Shown here: one piece after another, positions 50,114-59,215 of the stretch | How positions within the stretch are numbered: the stretch's first letter is position 1 | How the letters are laid out: the number at the start of each line of letters is the position of its first letter | Assembly (NCBI GenBank): GCA_021803465.1 | Contig: JAJZLL010000062.1 | Coordinates: 1,287-65,286, forward strand | Direction: 5' to 3' | Source: a bacterium | GTDB taxonomy: Bacteria; Chloroflexota; Dormibacteria; Aeolococcales; Aeolococcaceae | Length of the DNA stretch: 64,000 nt | Translations under genes and position numbers: made by a program | The notes under the pieces: generated by a model | What the model saw: only the letters and a program-made list of their open reading frames with translations | Databases searched by the model: none | Told to the model about the DNA's origin: nothing

Positions 50114-50913
50114 GCGGGTGGTGGGGCGAAGGCGCCATAGTGGGCCATCACAAGTGCTGCACTGATGATCCCAGCATACTGCGCCCGGAATGTGTGTGGT
50201 CCAAGGTGGGCTGCCTGGAAGCTGGCTTCGCTGAGCTTCCGCCGTTCGCCATCCGTGAACCCACCCTCCGGGCCTATGGCGAGGAGAATGGCAGTGGTGG
50301 ATGGCGGAAGGCACTCCACAAGGGGACGTGCTGTGCTGTCAAGGTCGAGCACAATGCAGTGAATGCCGGGCTTCGCGGCTGCAAGCAGTGCATCGAAGGT
50401 CGCAACAGCGGCAACAGAGGCTACAGCGAAGTGGTAGCCAAGCGCAGCCTCGTGGCGCGCGATCTCCTGCCAGCGCGCCTGGCGTCGGGCCTGCCGCCCT
50501 GGGTCAGGTCTCACGACGGAGCGTTCGCTGATGAAGGGGAGGATCTCATCGACACCGAGTTCGGAAAGGCCACGGACAGCGACATCGATATCATCCTGGA
50601 AGAGTGCCTGGGCGACGGACAGTCGTGGGGCTGAAGCAGTGTTGGTGGCTTCAATCTCCTCCTTCAGCTCACAGTGCAGTGTGGAACCCGTGACTGATCG
50701 GACAGTCGCAGCATGTGCATGGGGAGGATCTCCTTCCACGACAATCCTGAGCGCATCTCCGATGCCAAGGCGAAGCACATGCGCGAGATGGTGGGCATCT
50801 GCACCAGCGATGCTGACCATCTCGCCTGACACCTGGGATGGGTCGACAAAGACCTGGTGTATTCTCTGTACGTGCCTGTGCTCACGGGCAGGCCGGAATG
50901 AGGATGAGACCAT
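50110..50913 (-). CDS. rsmE: 16S rRNA (uracil1498-N3)-methyltransferase RsmE
   Basis: FVDPSQV..., AGADAHHLAHVLRL, and the SPOUT C-terminus LAIGPEGGFTDGE...LGPHTFRAQYA. Only the last roughly 267 codons of the 536-aa track ORF are taken. Confidence 0.8.
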   Translation of the reverse strand: MVSSSFRPAREHRHVQRIHQVFVDPSQVSGEMVSIAGADAHHLAHVLRLGIGDALRIVVEGDPPHAHAATVRSVTGSTLHCELKEEIEATNTASAPRLSVAQALFQDDIDVAVRGLSELGVDEILPFISERSVVRPDPGRQARRQARWQEIARHEAALGYHFAVASVAAVATFDALLAAAKPGIHCIVLDLDSTARPLVECLPPSTTAILLAIGPEGGFTDGERRKLSEASFQAAHLGPHTFRAQYAGIISAALVMAHYGAFAPPPA

Positions 50914-50964
50914 ACAGTGGATACTACACACGGCGTGCATCACGATGCTGCAGCGTCGCGCACA

Positions 50965-51777
50965 ATGAGGGTGACAACTGATGATGGAATTGCCCTTGCA
51001 TGCTCTGTGTGGGAGGGAGATCCTGGCGTGGAACCTCTCATCTGCATCCCAGGACTTGGCTCTGCACGTCACGTGTACCACCCACTTGTTGCAGCGCTGC
51101 CAGCTTCCATTCCTGTCATATCCTTTGATCCCAGGGGAGTGGGCGAGTCGGAAGTACCTACAGCACCCTACGGCATGGATCGGCTTGCGCGCGATGTCCA
51201 TGCAGTCATTCGGGAACTCGCAGCGGGAAATGTTACCGTGTTTGGCGCGTCCATGGGAGGAATGGTCGCCCAGCATGTCGCTCTTACCGATACTTGCGAT
51301 CGTGTCAAGCACCTCATTCTCGTGGCAACAACTCCAGGAGGACCGCATGCGACTCCTCCCGTGCAGTGGGCATTTGACCGGCTCATGGGAAAGGGTGCCC
51401 GGGATCCAGGGGATGCGTACCGGATCGCATGCACAGTGCTGTATTCGGAGAACTTCCAGATCCGGGAGGAGAGGTTCATTGCGAGTGAAGTTGCCTACCG
51501 GAGTGCCCATCCCGTGCCGGGCAGAACCTTTCTTGCCCAGAGGCATGCGATTGCCGAGCATGACACATACAGTGATCTCCCGAGCATCCGCATTCCCACC
51601 CTCGTTCTCCATGGCATGGATGACGTGGTCCAGCCAGCCGTGAACGGAGAACTCCTTGCTCACCGCATTCCCAATGCCCTGCTTGAGGAATTTCCCCACG
51701 CGGGACATCTCGTGTTCCACGAGGATCCGGAAGGTGTCGCGCGGTCAATTTTGGGATTTGTGGCACAATATCCGTAG
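50965..51777 (+). CDS. alpha/beta hydrolase
   Basis: HG-type start ICIPGLGS, nucleophile elbow VFGASMGGMVA, and the C-terminal His region AGHLVFHEDPE. The start is uncertain (ATG 50965 or GTG 50917). Confidence 0.75.
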   Translation: MRVTTDDGIALACSVWEGDPGVEPLICIPGLGSARHVYHPLVAALPASIPVISFDPRGVGESEVPTAPYGMDRLARDVHAVIRELAAGNVTVFGASMGGMVAQHVALTDTCDRVKHLILVATTPGGPHATPPVQWAFDRLMGKGARDPGDAYRIACTVLYSENFQIREERFIASEVAYRSAHPVPGRTFLAQRHAIAEHDTYSDLPSIRIPTLVLHGMDDVVQPAVNGELLAHRIPNALLEEFPHAGHLVFHEDPEGVARSILGFVAQYP

Positions 51778-51967
51778 GGATCATTGCAACTGAGGGGATG
51801 GGGATCCAAGGCACGGGGGGATCACAACGCGATGCAGCTGTCGCATACAGTGCAACAGCGTTGTCACGATTTCTCGAACAGCCGGAGACTGTCCGTCACC
51901 TGTCCTCTTGTGATGAGCACAATGAGCCTGAAGAGAACCAGCTCTATCAACGAGGGACGACTGCATC

Positions 51968-53848
51968 ATGACTCAGCAGGGTGATAACCAGCATCATCGC
52001 GTACCGACCGGAAGGATCCGGCGCATTCAGCCGCGTCAGAAGGCAGGCCTGTTCAGTGCGCATGATCTACGTGGCGACCTCTCGAGGCTCACGAACAAGA
52101 TCTCTCCACGGCGCCAGCTAGCAGCCATCATTCCTCTCGTTGTTGCCCTCATAGGCTGGTTTGTTGTGCCAAGCTTTGCTGCCACATACCAGTTCACGGG
52201 AAGTGGACGCCAGTATGGCATCAGCGAGAATACGAATGCTGGGCTTGGTTCCTTTGAGATCTGGGATGGGACTGGCTGGCAGACAGCAGGAAGCTCCTCG
52301 TACAAACTCCTTGGGAACTTCCTCCTCCATGGCAGTGATGGCACCTCCATTCCTGCATACTGCATCTCCCTTCAGGACCAGCATTATGTTAATGATGTCC
52401 TCACTCCCGGCGCTGAGGGTCCGAACAAGCAGGTCGAGTACATTGTCAATAATTACTTCCCTGTCGCAAACCATCCGGGTGCACTGAGCGCCGATTATGA
52501 GGCATCGGCTGTCCAGCTTGCTGTATGGGGATTCACCAACGACAGCCTCAATCCAGCCCCTTACAGGGCGCGTGGCTGGCTTCCTGTTCCTGGTGTTCCC
52601 GCAGTCATTGTGGCCCGTGCACAGCAGATCATGGCTGATGCGAACGCGAATGCTGATGCCTGGTGGACACAGCAGCATGATGTCCACATCTCACTGCACT
52701 TCCAGCCAACAACGACGGTTGACAACAATCCTGCTGGAGTTCAGGCATATGTCCATGTCACATATGGAAATGGAGCTCCTGCTGCCCATCGCATAGTTGG
52801 TCTCACGATCCAGCACGGCTCCTTCAACACGAGTGGAGACTTCTCAGGCATTGTGCAGCTGGATGCGAACGGCAATACCCAGGCGCAGGTCTTTCCATGG
52901 CCATTGAACACGGTCCAGACAGCTGTCATGACAGTGGACATCTATGGAAATGAGGGACGTGTCCTGGATACAGGCATTGCTGGAGGACAGAATCTTGTCT
53001 TCTCACAGCAGTTTCTCGCCGATAGGACGCAGGCTCAGGTGACATTCACTTCACCACCTGTGCCGACCCCAACGCCAACACCCACACCAACACCAACTCC
53101 TACACCAACGCCAACACCCACACCCACACCAACGCCTACGCCTACTCCTACACCCACGCCCACACCAACACCAACACCCACACCAACGCCTACGCCTACT
53201 CCTACACCCACGCCCACACCAACACCAACGCCTACGCCAACGCCCACACCAACACCAACACCCACGCCTACGCCTACACCAACGCCCACACCAACGCCCA
53301 CGCCTACGCCAACGCCTACGCCCATTCCAGTTCCTCTAGCTGTGACAACGTCGGCGCAGCCCGCAAGCCAGGCTGGCCTTCAGGACACAGCAACGATCAC
53401 GGGCACGGTGCCGAAGGGTTCAGTCATTGTCTTCAAGCTTTTCAATGCCAATGACACGACATGCCAGACTCCGCTATACACGTCACCCACGCAGCCAGTG
53501 ACAGGCGATGGCACGTACAATTCGCCAGAAGTGTCAAGTGTGAGTGCAAGCGGTACATATGACTGGCAGGCATTTGTGGAGAACAATGGCCAGGTGGTCG
53601 CCAATGACAACTGCAATCTTGCCAATGAGCAGGTAGTCATTGCACCTCCTCCTTCACCTACAAGTGGTGTGCAGGGCGTGACCACGGGTCCAGTGCCAGC
53701 AAGCGCAGTGCTCGGTGCTGTTACGACTCCTGAAACAGGTGCACTCAGTGTCGCAGTGCTACGGTCAATCATCATCGCACTTGCACTGGTCATCTCTGGT
53801 GCAGTCATAGTGACTGGTCTCAAGGAGAACCCGCACCACATCAGTTGA
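51968..53848 (+). CDS. cell-surface protein: signal anchor, thioester-type (TQXA-like) adhesin domain, long (TP)n linker, Ig-like domain, C-terminal TTPETG sorting signal
   Basis: AYCISLQ (candidate thioester Cys) and [10 protein letters not shown] (candidate Gln, TQxA[IV]W-like). There are roughly 40 or more TP dipeptides. The C-terminus [43 protein letters not shown] is motif + TM + charged tail. Confidence 0.7.
   Translation: MTQQGDNQHHRVPTGRIRRIQPRQKAGLFSAHDLRGDLSRLTNKISPRRQLAAIIPLVVALIGWFVVPSFAATYQFTGSGRQYGISENTNAGLGSFEIWDGTGWQTAGSSSYKLLGNFLLHGSDGTSIPAYCISLQDQHYVNDVLTPGAEGPNKQVEYIVNNYFPVANHPGALSADYEASAVQLAVWGFTNDSLNPAPYRARGWLPVPGVPAVIVARAQQIMADANANADAWWTQQHDVHISLHFQPTTTVDNNPAGVQAYVHVTYGNGAPAAHRIVGLTIQHGSFNTSGDFSGIVQLDANGNTQAQVFPWPLNTVQTAVMTVDIYGNEGRVLDTGIAGGQNLVFSQQFLADRTQAQVTFTSPPVPTPTPTPTPTPTPTPTPTPTPTPTPTPTPTPTPTPTPTPTPTPTPTPTPTPTPTPTPTPTPTPTPTPTPTPTPTPTPTPTPTPTPTPIPVPLAVTTSAQPASQAGLQDTATITGTVPKGSVIVFKLFNANDTTCQTPLYTSPTQPVTGDGTYNSPEVSSVSASGTYDWQAFVENNGQVVANDNCNLANEQVVIAPPPSPTSGVQGVTTGPVPASAVLGAVTTPETGALSVAVLRSIIIALALVISGAVIVTGLKENPHHIS
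53063..53323 (+). repeat. about 260-bp coding microsatellite-like tract encoding (Thr-Pro)n
   Basis: An uninterrupted ACN-CCN periodic sequence. The antisense frame gives the (GV)n ORF 53035..53325 in the track. Confidence 0.9.
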
Positions 53849-53971
53849 TACAGGAGACGCCATTCATTTGGCGAACTCACCAGGGCCCCGGGGCAGATGC
53901 TGCTTCGGGGCTCTGCGCTGTCAGCCATTCTTGAGCATGCGCCAAAAAGGGGTTGCATCTCCATTCAGAAA

Positions 53972-54000
53972 GGACCTGCTGGAGATTCTCCAGCAGGTCC
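53972..54000 (-). terminator. perfect 13-bp hairpin between convergent surface-protein genes
   Basis: GGACCTGCTGGAG-ATT-CTCCAGCAGGTCC, followed on the minus strand by TTTCTG. A second, weaker hairpin lies at about 53893..53925. Confidence 0.55.
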
Positions 54001-54037
54001 AATGGTCACTGTGGCTGTTCGTGTGCAATCGCACGTG

Positions 54038-54694
54038 CTACAGCTTTCTCCTCAGGCGCATGATGTATGCTCCAACTGACATGAGGAGTCCAGCAAGCAG
54101 GAACGATGTTCCCAGGTTGGATCCAGTCGATGGCGTTGTGGCAGCCTGCACCACTGAAGTTGGGGTAGACGTTGGTGTAGGTGTTGTTGTCGCAGCCTGG
54201 ACAGAACTTGTTGGAGTTACTGTTGCGGTTGGAGTTGGTGTGGCAGTTGCTGTGGGTGTAGGAGACTCAGTCGGTGTTGCGGTCGGTGAGGGTGTGGCTG
54301 TCTCAGTTGGTGTAGGTGTTGGTGTTGCAGTCTCAGTCGGCGTTGGGGTGGCAGACTCTGATGGGGAGACGGAAGGCGAAGGAGAATGATGGTCACCATC
54401 CCCATTACCACCGCCATTGTTGCCATTCCCATGATTTCCATTGTCGCCGTTGTTGTTTCCATTGTTGCCGCCGCCATTGTCGTCACCGGGTGTGTGCGCA
54501 TTCGCAACGACGCTGTAATGCGTTGAACCCTGAGTCGCAAGCACGCCATGCGACGAAGCAGAGTAGGCCCGAGCTGTCAATGTTCCGCCAATGGCAAGCA
54601 CTGCCCCAACAAAAAGGATCGCTGCAAGCGAGCCAAGCCGTGAGTGACGAAGCCTGAATGTGCGATGTGTTCGCGGTGTTCGGGGTGTGTTCAT
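54038..54694 (-). CDS. low-complexity wall-anchored surface protein (signal peptide, Asn/Gly-rich and Thr/Pro-rich tracts, TTPSTG sorting signal)
   Basis: GGGAGGAG lies 7 nt upstream of the ATG. Signal-like LGSLAAILFVGAVLAIGGTLTARA. The C-terminus QAATTPSTGSNLGTSFLLAGLLMSVGAYIMRLRRKL is motif + TM + basic tail. Confidence 0.6.
   Translation of the reverse strand: MNTPRTPRTHRTFRLRHSRLGSLAAILFVGAVLAIGGTLTARAYSASSHGVLATQGSTHYSVVANAHTPGDDNGGGNNGNNNGDNGNHGNGNNGGGNGDGDHHSPSPSVSPSESATPTPTETATPTPTPTETATPSPTATPTESPTPTATATPTPTATVTPTSSVQAATTTPTPTSTPTSVVQAATTPSTGSNLGTSFLLAGLLMSVGAYIMRLRRKL
54150..54385 (-). repeat. degenerate Thr/Pro/Ala/Glu coding repeats (TPTPTETATP-type)
   Basis: Read from the translation SESATPTPTETATPTPTPTETATPSPTATPTESPTPTATATPTPTATVTPTSS. 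Confidence 0.8.
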
Positions 54695-54757
54695 GTGCGC
54701 TCCTCCCGTGGAGTGTGCTGCGATGTTTCGCAGCGATAGCCTTCCCCTGCCGCATTA

Positions 54758-54786
54758 AGTTTAGCGCTTTGCTAATGGTTAAGCAA
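54758..54786 (-). promoter_or_regulatory. putative sigma-70-type promoter of the 54038..54694 gene
   Basis: The minus strand reads TTGCTT-17 nt-TAAACT in an AT-rich stretch. The spacer contains the small palindrome TTAGCAAAGCGCTAA. Confidence 0.35.
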
Positions 54787-54837
54787 ATCGCCTTGTATTC
54801 ATCAATGCGCTTTCAGTGCCCTGTCTGAGAAGGAGCT

Positions 54838-56493
54838 TCAGTGATGGTGCTTCGGCTTCGACTTCATCTTCTTGGCAGGAAGCGGCTTCACTTCCTGGGG
54901 GGCACTGTCGTGTGGCTGAGGGACTTGGTCTCCATGCGGTTCCTGGGGGAAATCTGCGCTGCCCTCAGGGGTGCTGACCGGAGTGATCTGGACTGGTGCT
55001 GTTGCTGTCGCACTCGACTCCCGGATCACGGTCACCTTGATGATGCCTGGGTAGTTCATCTCGGATTCAATTTCCCGTGCGATTGTCGTGCTGAGGTCCT
55101 GGACATCACTGTCCTTCACTTTCGATGGATGCACTATGATCCGCACCTCCCGTCCAGCATGCATGGGATATGCCCGTTCAACTCCACGGTGCCGGGTTGC
55201 AATGCTCTGGAGCTGGTCGAGGCGCGCAAGGTATGTGGAGAGCGTGTCGCGGCGTGCTCCAGGCCGCGATGCGGAAATGGCATCAGCACAGATTGTCAGG
55301 AATGCGAGGTCTGTGGAGGGTTCCTCCTCGAAATGGTGGGCACGTACTGCATGGGTTATGTGGTCGGGAACACCAAGAAGATGGAGAAGCTCAGCTCCGA
55401 TGACTGCATGGGAGCCCTCCACATCATGGTCGACTGCCTTTCCAATATCGTGGAGCATGCCAGCATGCCGGGCATCCTGGCTGTCCAGACCAAGCTCCGC
55501 AGCTAGCACACCGCAGAGGTATCCAGCTTCCTTGCAGTGGAGAAGGGCATTCTGTCCGTAGGAGTAGCGGAAGTGGAGGGTGCCGATAAGCTCCGCAAGC
55601 TCCTCTCGGCCAGGAATCTCCATTTCCCACATGACTTCCTCGCCTCGGCTCCTGATGGATTTCAGAAGTTCGCTCCGCGTGTTGATGAGCAGTGGAGGCA
55701 CCTGCGCAATCTGGTAGGAACGGCGGGCAAGCTCCTGGGATGCCTGTCGGGCTACTTCCCTTCCCACGGGATCCATTCCCCTGAGGGTGATGATGCCCGT
55801 CTCTGGATCAAGCGTCGACTCAGTTGCGGTTGCTTCAGTGACTTCAGTGAGAGCTTCACGGACACTTTCCTGCTGGTCTTCTGACAGCTCGCCCATGTCG
55901 ATCTGTATGGGTCGCATGGGATCTGTACTGTGGGACAGGTCCTGACGCTGGATGGCAGTGGTCATGTTCCTCCGTGCCAGCGGCTCCGGATCTTCAAGCT
56001 GACGCAACATGTGGTCCACCCGGTGGGCATGAGCGCTTGCAAGCTCATCCTCAAGAGTCCTGAGGACTACGGACTTTGCCTCATCTTCGGGAAGGTTTGC
56101 CCTGTCACGGAGGATGACGTCGATCTCCTTCTGCCGGTCCTCCAGTAGGTGCTCTCGCTCCTCAAGAAGGGCACGATGCTGCTTGTACGCGTAGCGGTGC
56201 TGGTTGAAGCGGTGCTGGTCGTCGCGGAGGATGCGGTCAGACTCGTGAACGCTCGCGTTGAGAGTCGTAAGAGCCTCCTCCTCAGCCGCGAGATCTTCGT
56301 TCGCGGATCGCTGGATAAGGGCTATGGTCTCCTCTGTACGTGCACGGATCCTTCTGGCCTCCGCTTCAGCGCGCTCTCTGCGCTCCACATGGCGGCGCAT
56401 GTCGATCCTCTCCACCTTTGGTGCTACAGCAATGAGGATCCCGCCAGCGACAGCGCATATACCGATAACGATCACAAGGACGAGGTCAAGCAT
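54838..56493 (-). CDS. rny: ribonuclease Y
   Basis: N-terminal TM helix, coiled-coil region, KH domain, and HD domain LHDIGKAVDHDVEGSHA. It has a Pro-rich, basic C-terminal extension of about 60 aa. Confidence 0.92.
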   Translation of the reverse strand: MLDLVLVIVIGICAVAGGILIAVAPKVERIDMRRHVERRERAEAEARRIRARTEETIALIQRSANEDLAAEEEALTTLNASVHESDRILRDDQHRFNQHRYAYKQHRALLEEREHLLEDRQKEIDVILRDRANLPEDEAKSVVLRTLEDELASAHAHRVDHMLRQLEDPEPLARRNMTTAIQRQDLSHSTDPMRPIQIDMGELSEDQQESVREALTEVTEATATESTLDPETGIITLRGMDPVGREVARQASQELARRSYQIAQVPPLLINTRSELLKSIRSRGEEVMWEMEIPGREELAELIGTLHFRYSYGQNALLHCKEAGYLCGVLAAELGLDSQDARHAGMLHDIGKAVDHDVEGSHAVIGAELLHLLGVPDHITHAVRAHHFEEEPSTDLAFLTICADAISASRPGARRDTLSTYLARLDQLQSIATRHRGVERAYPMHAGREVRIIVHPSKVKDSDVQDLSTTIAREIESEMNYPGIIKVTVIRESSATATAPVQITPVSTPEGSADFPQEPHGDQVPQPHDSAPQEVKPLPAKKMKSKPKHHH

Positions 56494-56527
56494 CCCTTAA
56501 CAGTACCATCGGGAGGAGTTGGGGGGA

Positions 56528-57415
56528 CTAGGGGTGCACGTGTGTCAGGTGGGTGAGGAACCCAGTGACTGCAGGGGGAAGCGTTCTTCTGCGATCCCAG
56601 CAGACTACGACAGTCCGCTCGAGAACAGGATCCACGAGCTCAACGACAGTCACCCGGGATGAGGAGTTGGGAAGGGGAGTGGGAAGAAGCGAGATGCCAA
56701 GTCCCGATTCCACGAGCCCCTGGATGATGGAGAAGTCATCACCCTCATAGGCGACGTGCTTCTCGATGCCACGGCCGGAAAACGCCTCGTCCACGATTCC
56801 ACGGAGACCGCTGCTCGACCTTGTAAGGACAAGCGCCTCGTTCTGGAGATCTCGGAGCGTGCACCGCTTGTGCGATGCAAGCGGGTGGTTCCTGGGTACG
56901 ACGACAGCAATGCGCTCTGTGAACAGCACTGCGGATCTGAGATCCGCATTCCCCCGTGGCGGTGGGCCAAGTATTCCAAGATCATAGTCCCCGGCAAGAA
57001 TGCCTCTTACCACTTCGTGCGCGGTTACCTCGGTGAGGGTGAACCTGATTGACGGGTGTGCACGGTGGAAGGGTGCCAGCTGCCCTGGAAGCCATGTGGC
57101 TCCTATTGTGTGGAGAAATGCGACATGGACTTCACCCCTGTCCTCGGAAGTGGCGGATTCCGCATCATCAATGGCATCTTGCAGATCATGAAGGATTCTC
57201 TCCATGCGGGTTGCGAACCTGCGGCCAGCGACTGACAGGCGCACCTGCCTTCCAACTCGCTCGAACAGAGGGAAGCCTAGTTCCTCCTCTAGGCGCGCGA
57301 TCTTCCGTGATATAGTGGACTGGTCAGTCTGGAGGGCATCGGCAGCCCGACCAATGTGCTCGTACCTCGCGACCTCGAGGAATGTGCCGATCCAGTCGAG
57401 ATTGATGCGATTCAT
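56528..57415 (-). CDS. LysR family transcriptional regulator
   Basis: N-terminal HTH FLEVARYEHIGRAADALQTDQSTISRKIARLEEELG and a C-terminal substrate-binding domain. Confidence 0.88.
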   Translation of the reverse strand: MNRINLDWIGTFLEVARYEHIGRAADALQTDQSTISRKIARLEEELGFPLFERVGRQVRLSVAGRRFATRMERILHDLQDAIDDAESATSEDRGEVHVAFLHTIGATWLPGQLAPFHRAHPSIRFTLTEVTAHEVVRGILAGDYDLGILGPPPRGNADLRSAVLFTERIAVVVPRNHPLASHKRCTLRDLQNEALVLTRSSSGLRGIVDEAFSGRGIEKHVAYEGDDFSIIQGLVESGLGISLLPTPLPNSSSRVTVVELVDPVLERTVVVCWDRRRTLPPAVTGFLTHLTHVHP

Positions 57416-57424
57416 GCATCAATC

Positions 57425-57450
57425 TGACATCATTTGTGCTCTTGATGTCA
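57425..57450. promoter_or_regulatory. palindrome TGACATCA-N10-TGATGTCA, candidate LysR-type operator
   Basis: A perfect 8-bp inverted repeat 10 bp upstream of the LysR start codon, in the divergent intergenic region. It contains a T-N11-A-type dyad. Confidence 0.4.
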
Positions 57451-57558
57451 ATAAGGTGAGACTGTAGAGTGAATCTCAACGGTATCCGTAACGGACCGTT
57501 TTGCTACAGCGTTGATACCAATTGAGAGAGGGTTTTCCTGTTAAGGGAGGAGTCACAA

Positions 57559-58020
57559 GTGCTTATTGAAAGAGCAACAGCCGAGGTCCATGCATCGCGA
57601 CGTCAGCACTGCGTTGATATGGTGGAGCGCACTCGCCTCCGTCGGCTGGTGGAACGGGTTGACAAGGTCATTGAGGAATGCGAGGAAGCGCACCTTCAGG
57701 GTCTCAAGGAAGTGAATCCTGAGATTGAGGCACGCGCAACACGCATCTTCACCTTTGCACAGAAGGCAATTGCCCGCTCAGGCAATGAAGAGGCCACCCA
57801 GGCAGTGCGTGAAGTGCTTGCACGGAAGCATGGGAAGATCACGGACATCATGGACATCCTTTGGGAAATCCAGGAGATCGCCTTCAATGTCATGCTTCCC
57901 TGGAGAAGCGAGCTTCCTGAGGATGTGGACCTTCTTCCAGCCGAAGGAGAGGGATTCTACAGTGACCTGATGTCCGCGCTGACTGTGCGCATCGACCGCT
58001 CGTACCATCCAGTCAACTAG
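57559..58020 (+). CDS. hypothetical helical protein
   Basis: GTG start with AAGGGAGGAG 6 nt upstream. Divergent from the LysR gene and followed by its own terminator. No family recognised. Confidence 0.55.
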   Translation: MLIERATAEVHASRRQHCVDMVERTRLRRLVERVDKVIEECEEAHLQGLKEVNPEIEARATRIFTFAQKAIARSGNEEATQAVREVLARKHGKITDIMDILWEIQEIAFNVMLPWRSELPEDVDLLPAEGEGFYSDLMSALTVRIDRSYHPVN

Positions 58021-58032
58021 CATCCGTCATTG

Positions 58033-58079
58033 AATATTCCCGTGTGACCACACAATGTGGTTGCATGGGAATATTTTGT
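58033..58079 (+). terminator. rho-independent-type terminator (nested hairpin + T-tract)
   Basis: AATATTCCC ... GGGAATATT stem enclosing CCACA-CAA-TGTGG, followed by TTTGT. Confidence 0.5.
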
Positions 58080-58116
58080 ATGGAGACATCCCGTCAGTTT
58101 GCAAGGGGGAGCAGGA

Positions 58117-58482
58117 GTGGCTGGAAGAATTGCTCAGGAGCTGCACTCATCGGCCCACCAGGTGCTGTTTGACAACACCCTGATTGGCGAATATGAGCTG
58201 CACATCCATCGCGGTGTGCAGGGTCCAGTCGTCATCCTCGAGGAGACTTCCCACTCACCGCTTCCACTCGAGTATCTTTCCGAGCAGGCAGTCTTCCACT
58301 TCCTTGAAGCATGCCCTTCGAGCAGGGCTCGGTTCTTTGAGCACCACCTGGTTGGAGGACGTGAGCTCTGGGTTGAGGTGTTTGTCGAGGGTGTGGGGTG
58401 CGTGAGACGTCCAAGCTCCCTTGCAGTGGTGGAATCAGCGTGTGGCATCGAAGGGACAGTGAGCCGCGCCTCCGGTGCATGA
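58117..58482 (+). CDS. hypothetical protein (start uncertain)
   Basis: The track ORF starts at 58057, inside the terminator hairpin. An internal GTG at 58117 has AAGGGGGAG upstream. No family recognised. Confidence 0.35.
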   Translation: MAGRIAQELHSSAHQVLFDNTLIGEYELHIHRGVQGPVVILEETSHSPLPLEYLSEQAVFHFLEACPSSRARFFEHHLVGGRELWVEVFVEGVGCVRRPSSLAVVESACGIEGTVSRASGA

Positions 58483-58571
58483 GCTCTTGTCCATAAAGCA
58501 GTACAATTGATGAACGTGGAAGCCCCACCAAGTAGGAGTGGGAGCATTCCGAGAAAGGAGGTGAATGATTC

Positions 58572-58760
58572 GTGGCGGAAGTACGAGCCCGTGAAGGGGA
58601 GCCTTTCGAGAGCATCATGCGTCGCTTCAGCAAGAAGGTGAAGCAGAATGGAATCTTGTCAGAGCTTCGTCGTCGCGAATACTACGAAAAGCCTTCTGTC
58701 AAGCGGAAGCGGAAGTTGCTGGCAGCCCGGAAGCGGCGTCAGAAGACGAACGCTGCCTAG
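58572..58760 (+). CDS. rpsU: 30S ribosomal protein S21
   Basis: [41 protein letters not shown] is the S21 signature. AAAGGAGGTG lies 8 nt upstream of the GTG. Confidence 0.9.
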   Translation: MAEVRAREGEPFESIMRRFSKKVKQNGILSELRRREYYEKPSVKRKRKLLAARKRRQKTNAA

Positions 58761-58768
58761 TCCCAGAC

Positions 58769-59215
58769 ATGAGAGTCAACATCATCATTGATGATGGAGT
58801 GTCTGCGGATGATCGCAAGCTGATCAGGCGTGCGCTCATCCGCTCCACGCTCCGTGGAGCTGGAGACGTAATGGCATGCGCTGACAGTGCGAGTGTGACA
58901 GTACGCTGCACGACAGATGACGTTCTTGCAGAGCTCAATGAGCAGTACAGGTTCACGCCGGGTCCAACAGATGTGCTCGCATTTCCATATGGTGATGCGA
59001 GGCAGATCGGAGACATTGCTGTGTCACTTGACCGTGTGCGCGCTCAGGGGGGAGAGCGTCCTGTGGAGGAACTTCGCCTTCTTGTAGTGCATGGTTTTCT
59101 GCACTGTCTTGGATATGACCATGCAACCCCCGAGGAGGCATCGACAATGACAACGCTCACCCGGGCCTGTCTTCCACAGCAGCAGATCGAGGAGCTGGAA
59201 ACCCATGACGCATGA
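58769..59215 (+). CDS. ybeY: rRNA maturation endoribonuclease YbeY
   Basis: Zinc motif HGFLHCLGYDH and TDVLAFPYG. Confidence 0.88.
   Translation: MRVNIIIDDGVSADDRKLIRRALIRSTLRGAGDVMACADSASVTVRCTTDDVLAELNEQYRFTPGPTDVLAFPYGDARQIGDIAVSLDRVRAQGGERPVEELRLLVVHGFLHCLGYDHATPEEASTMTTLTRACLPQQQIEELETHDA

Noticed and set aside
50914-51720. Upstream 270 codons of the 536-aa ORF 50110..51720
   Set aside because: Only the C-terminal part matches RsmE. The remainder is antisense to an alpha/beta hydrolase with an intact nucleophile elbow. The nearest plausible rsmE start is the ATG at 50913.
53035-53325. Highly periodic tract first considered as a CRISPR-like or satellite array; it also appears as a (GV)n ORF on the minus strand
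   Set aside because: The period is 6 nt with no spacers, and it is in frame inside a long ORF with a signal anchor and a sorting signal. It is a coding (Thr-Pro)n linker. The (GV)n ORF is its antisense shadow.
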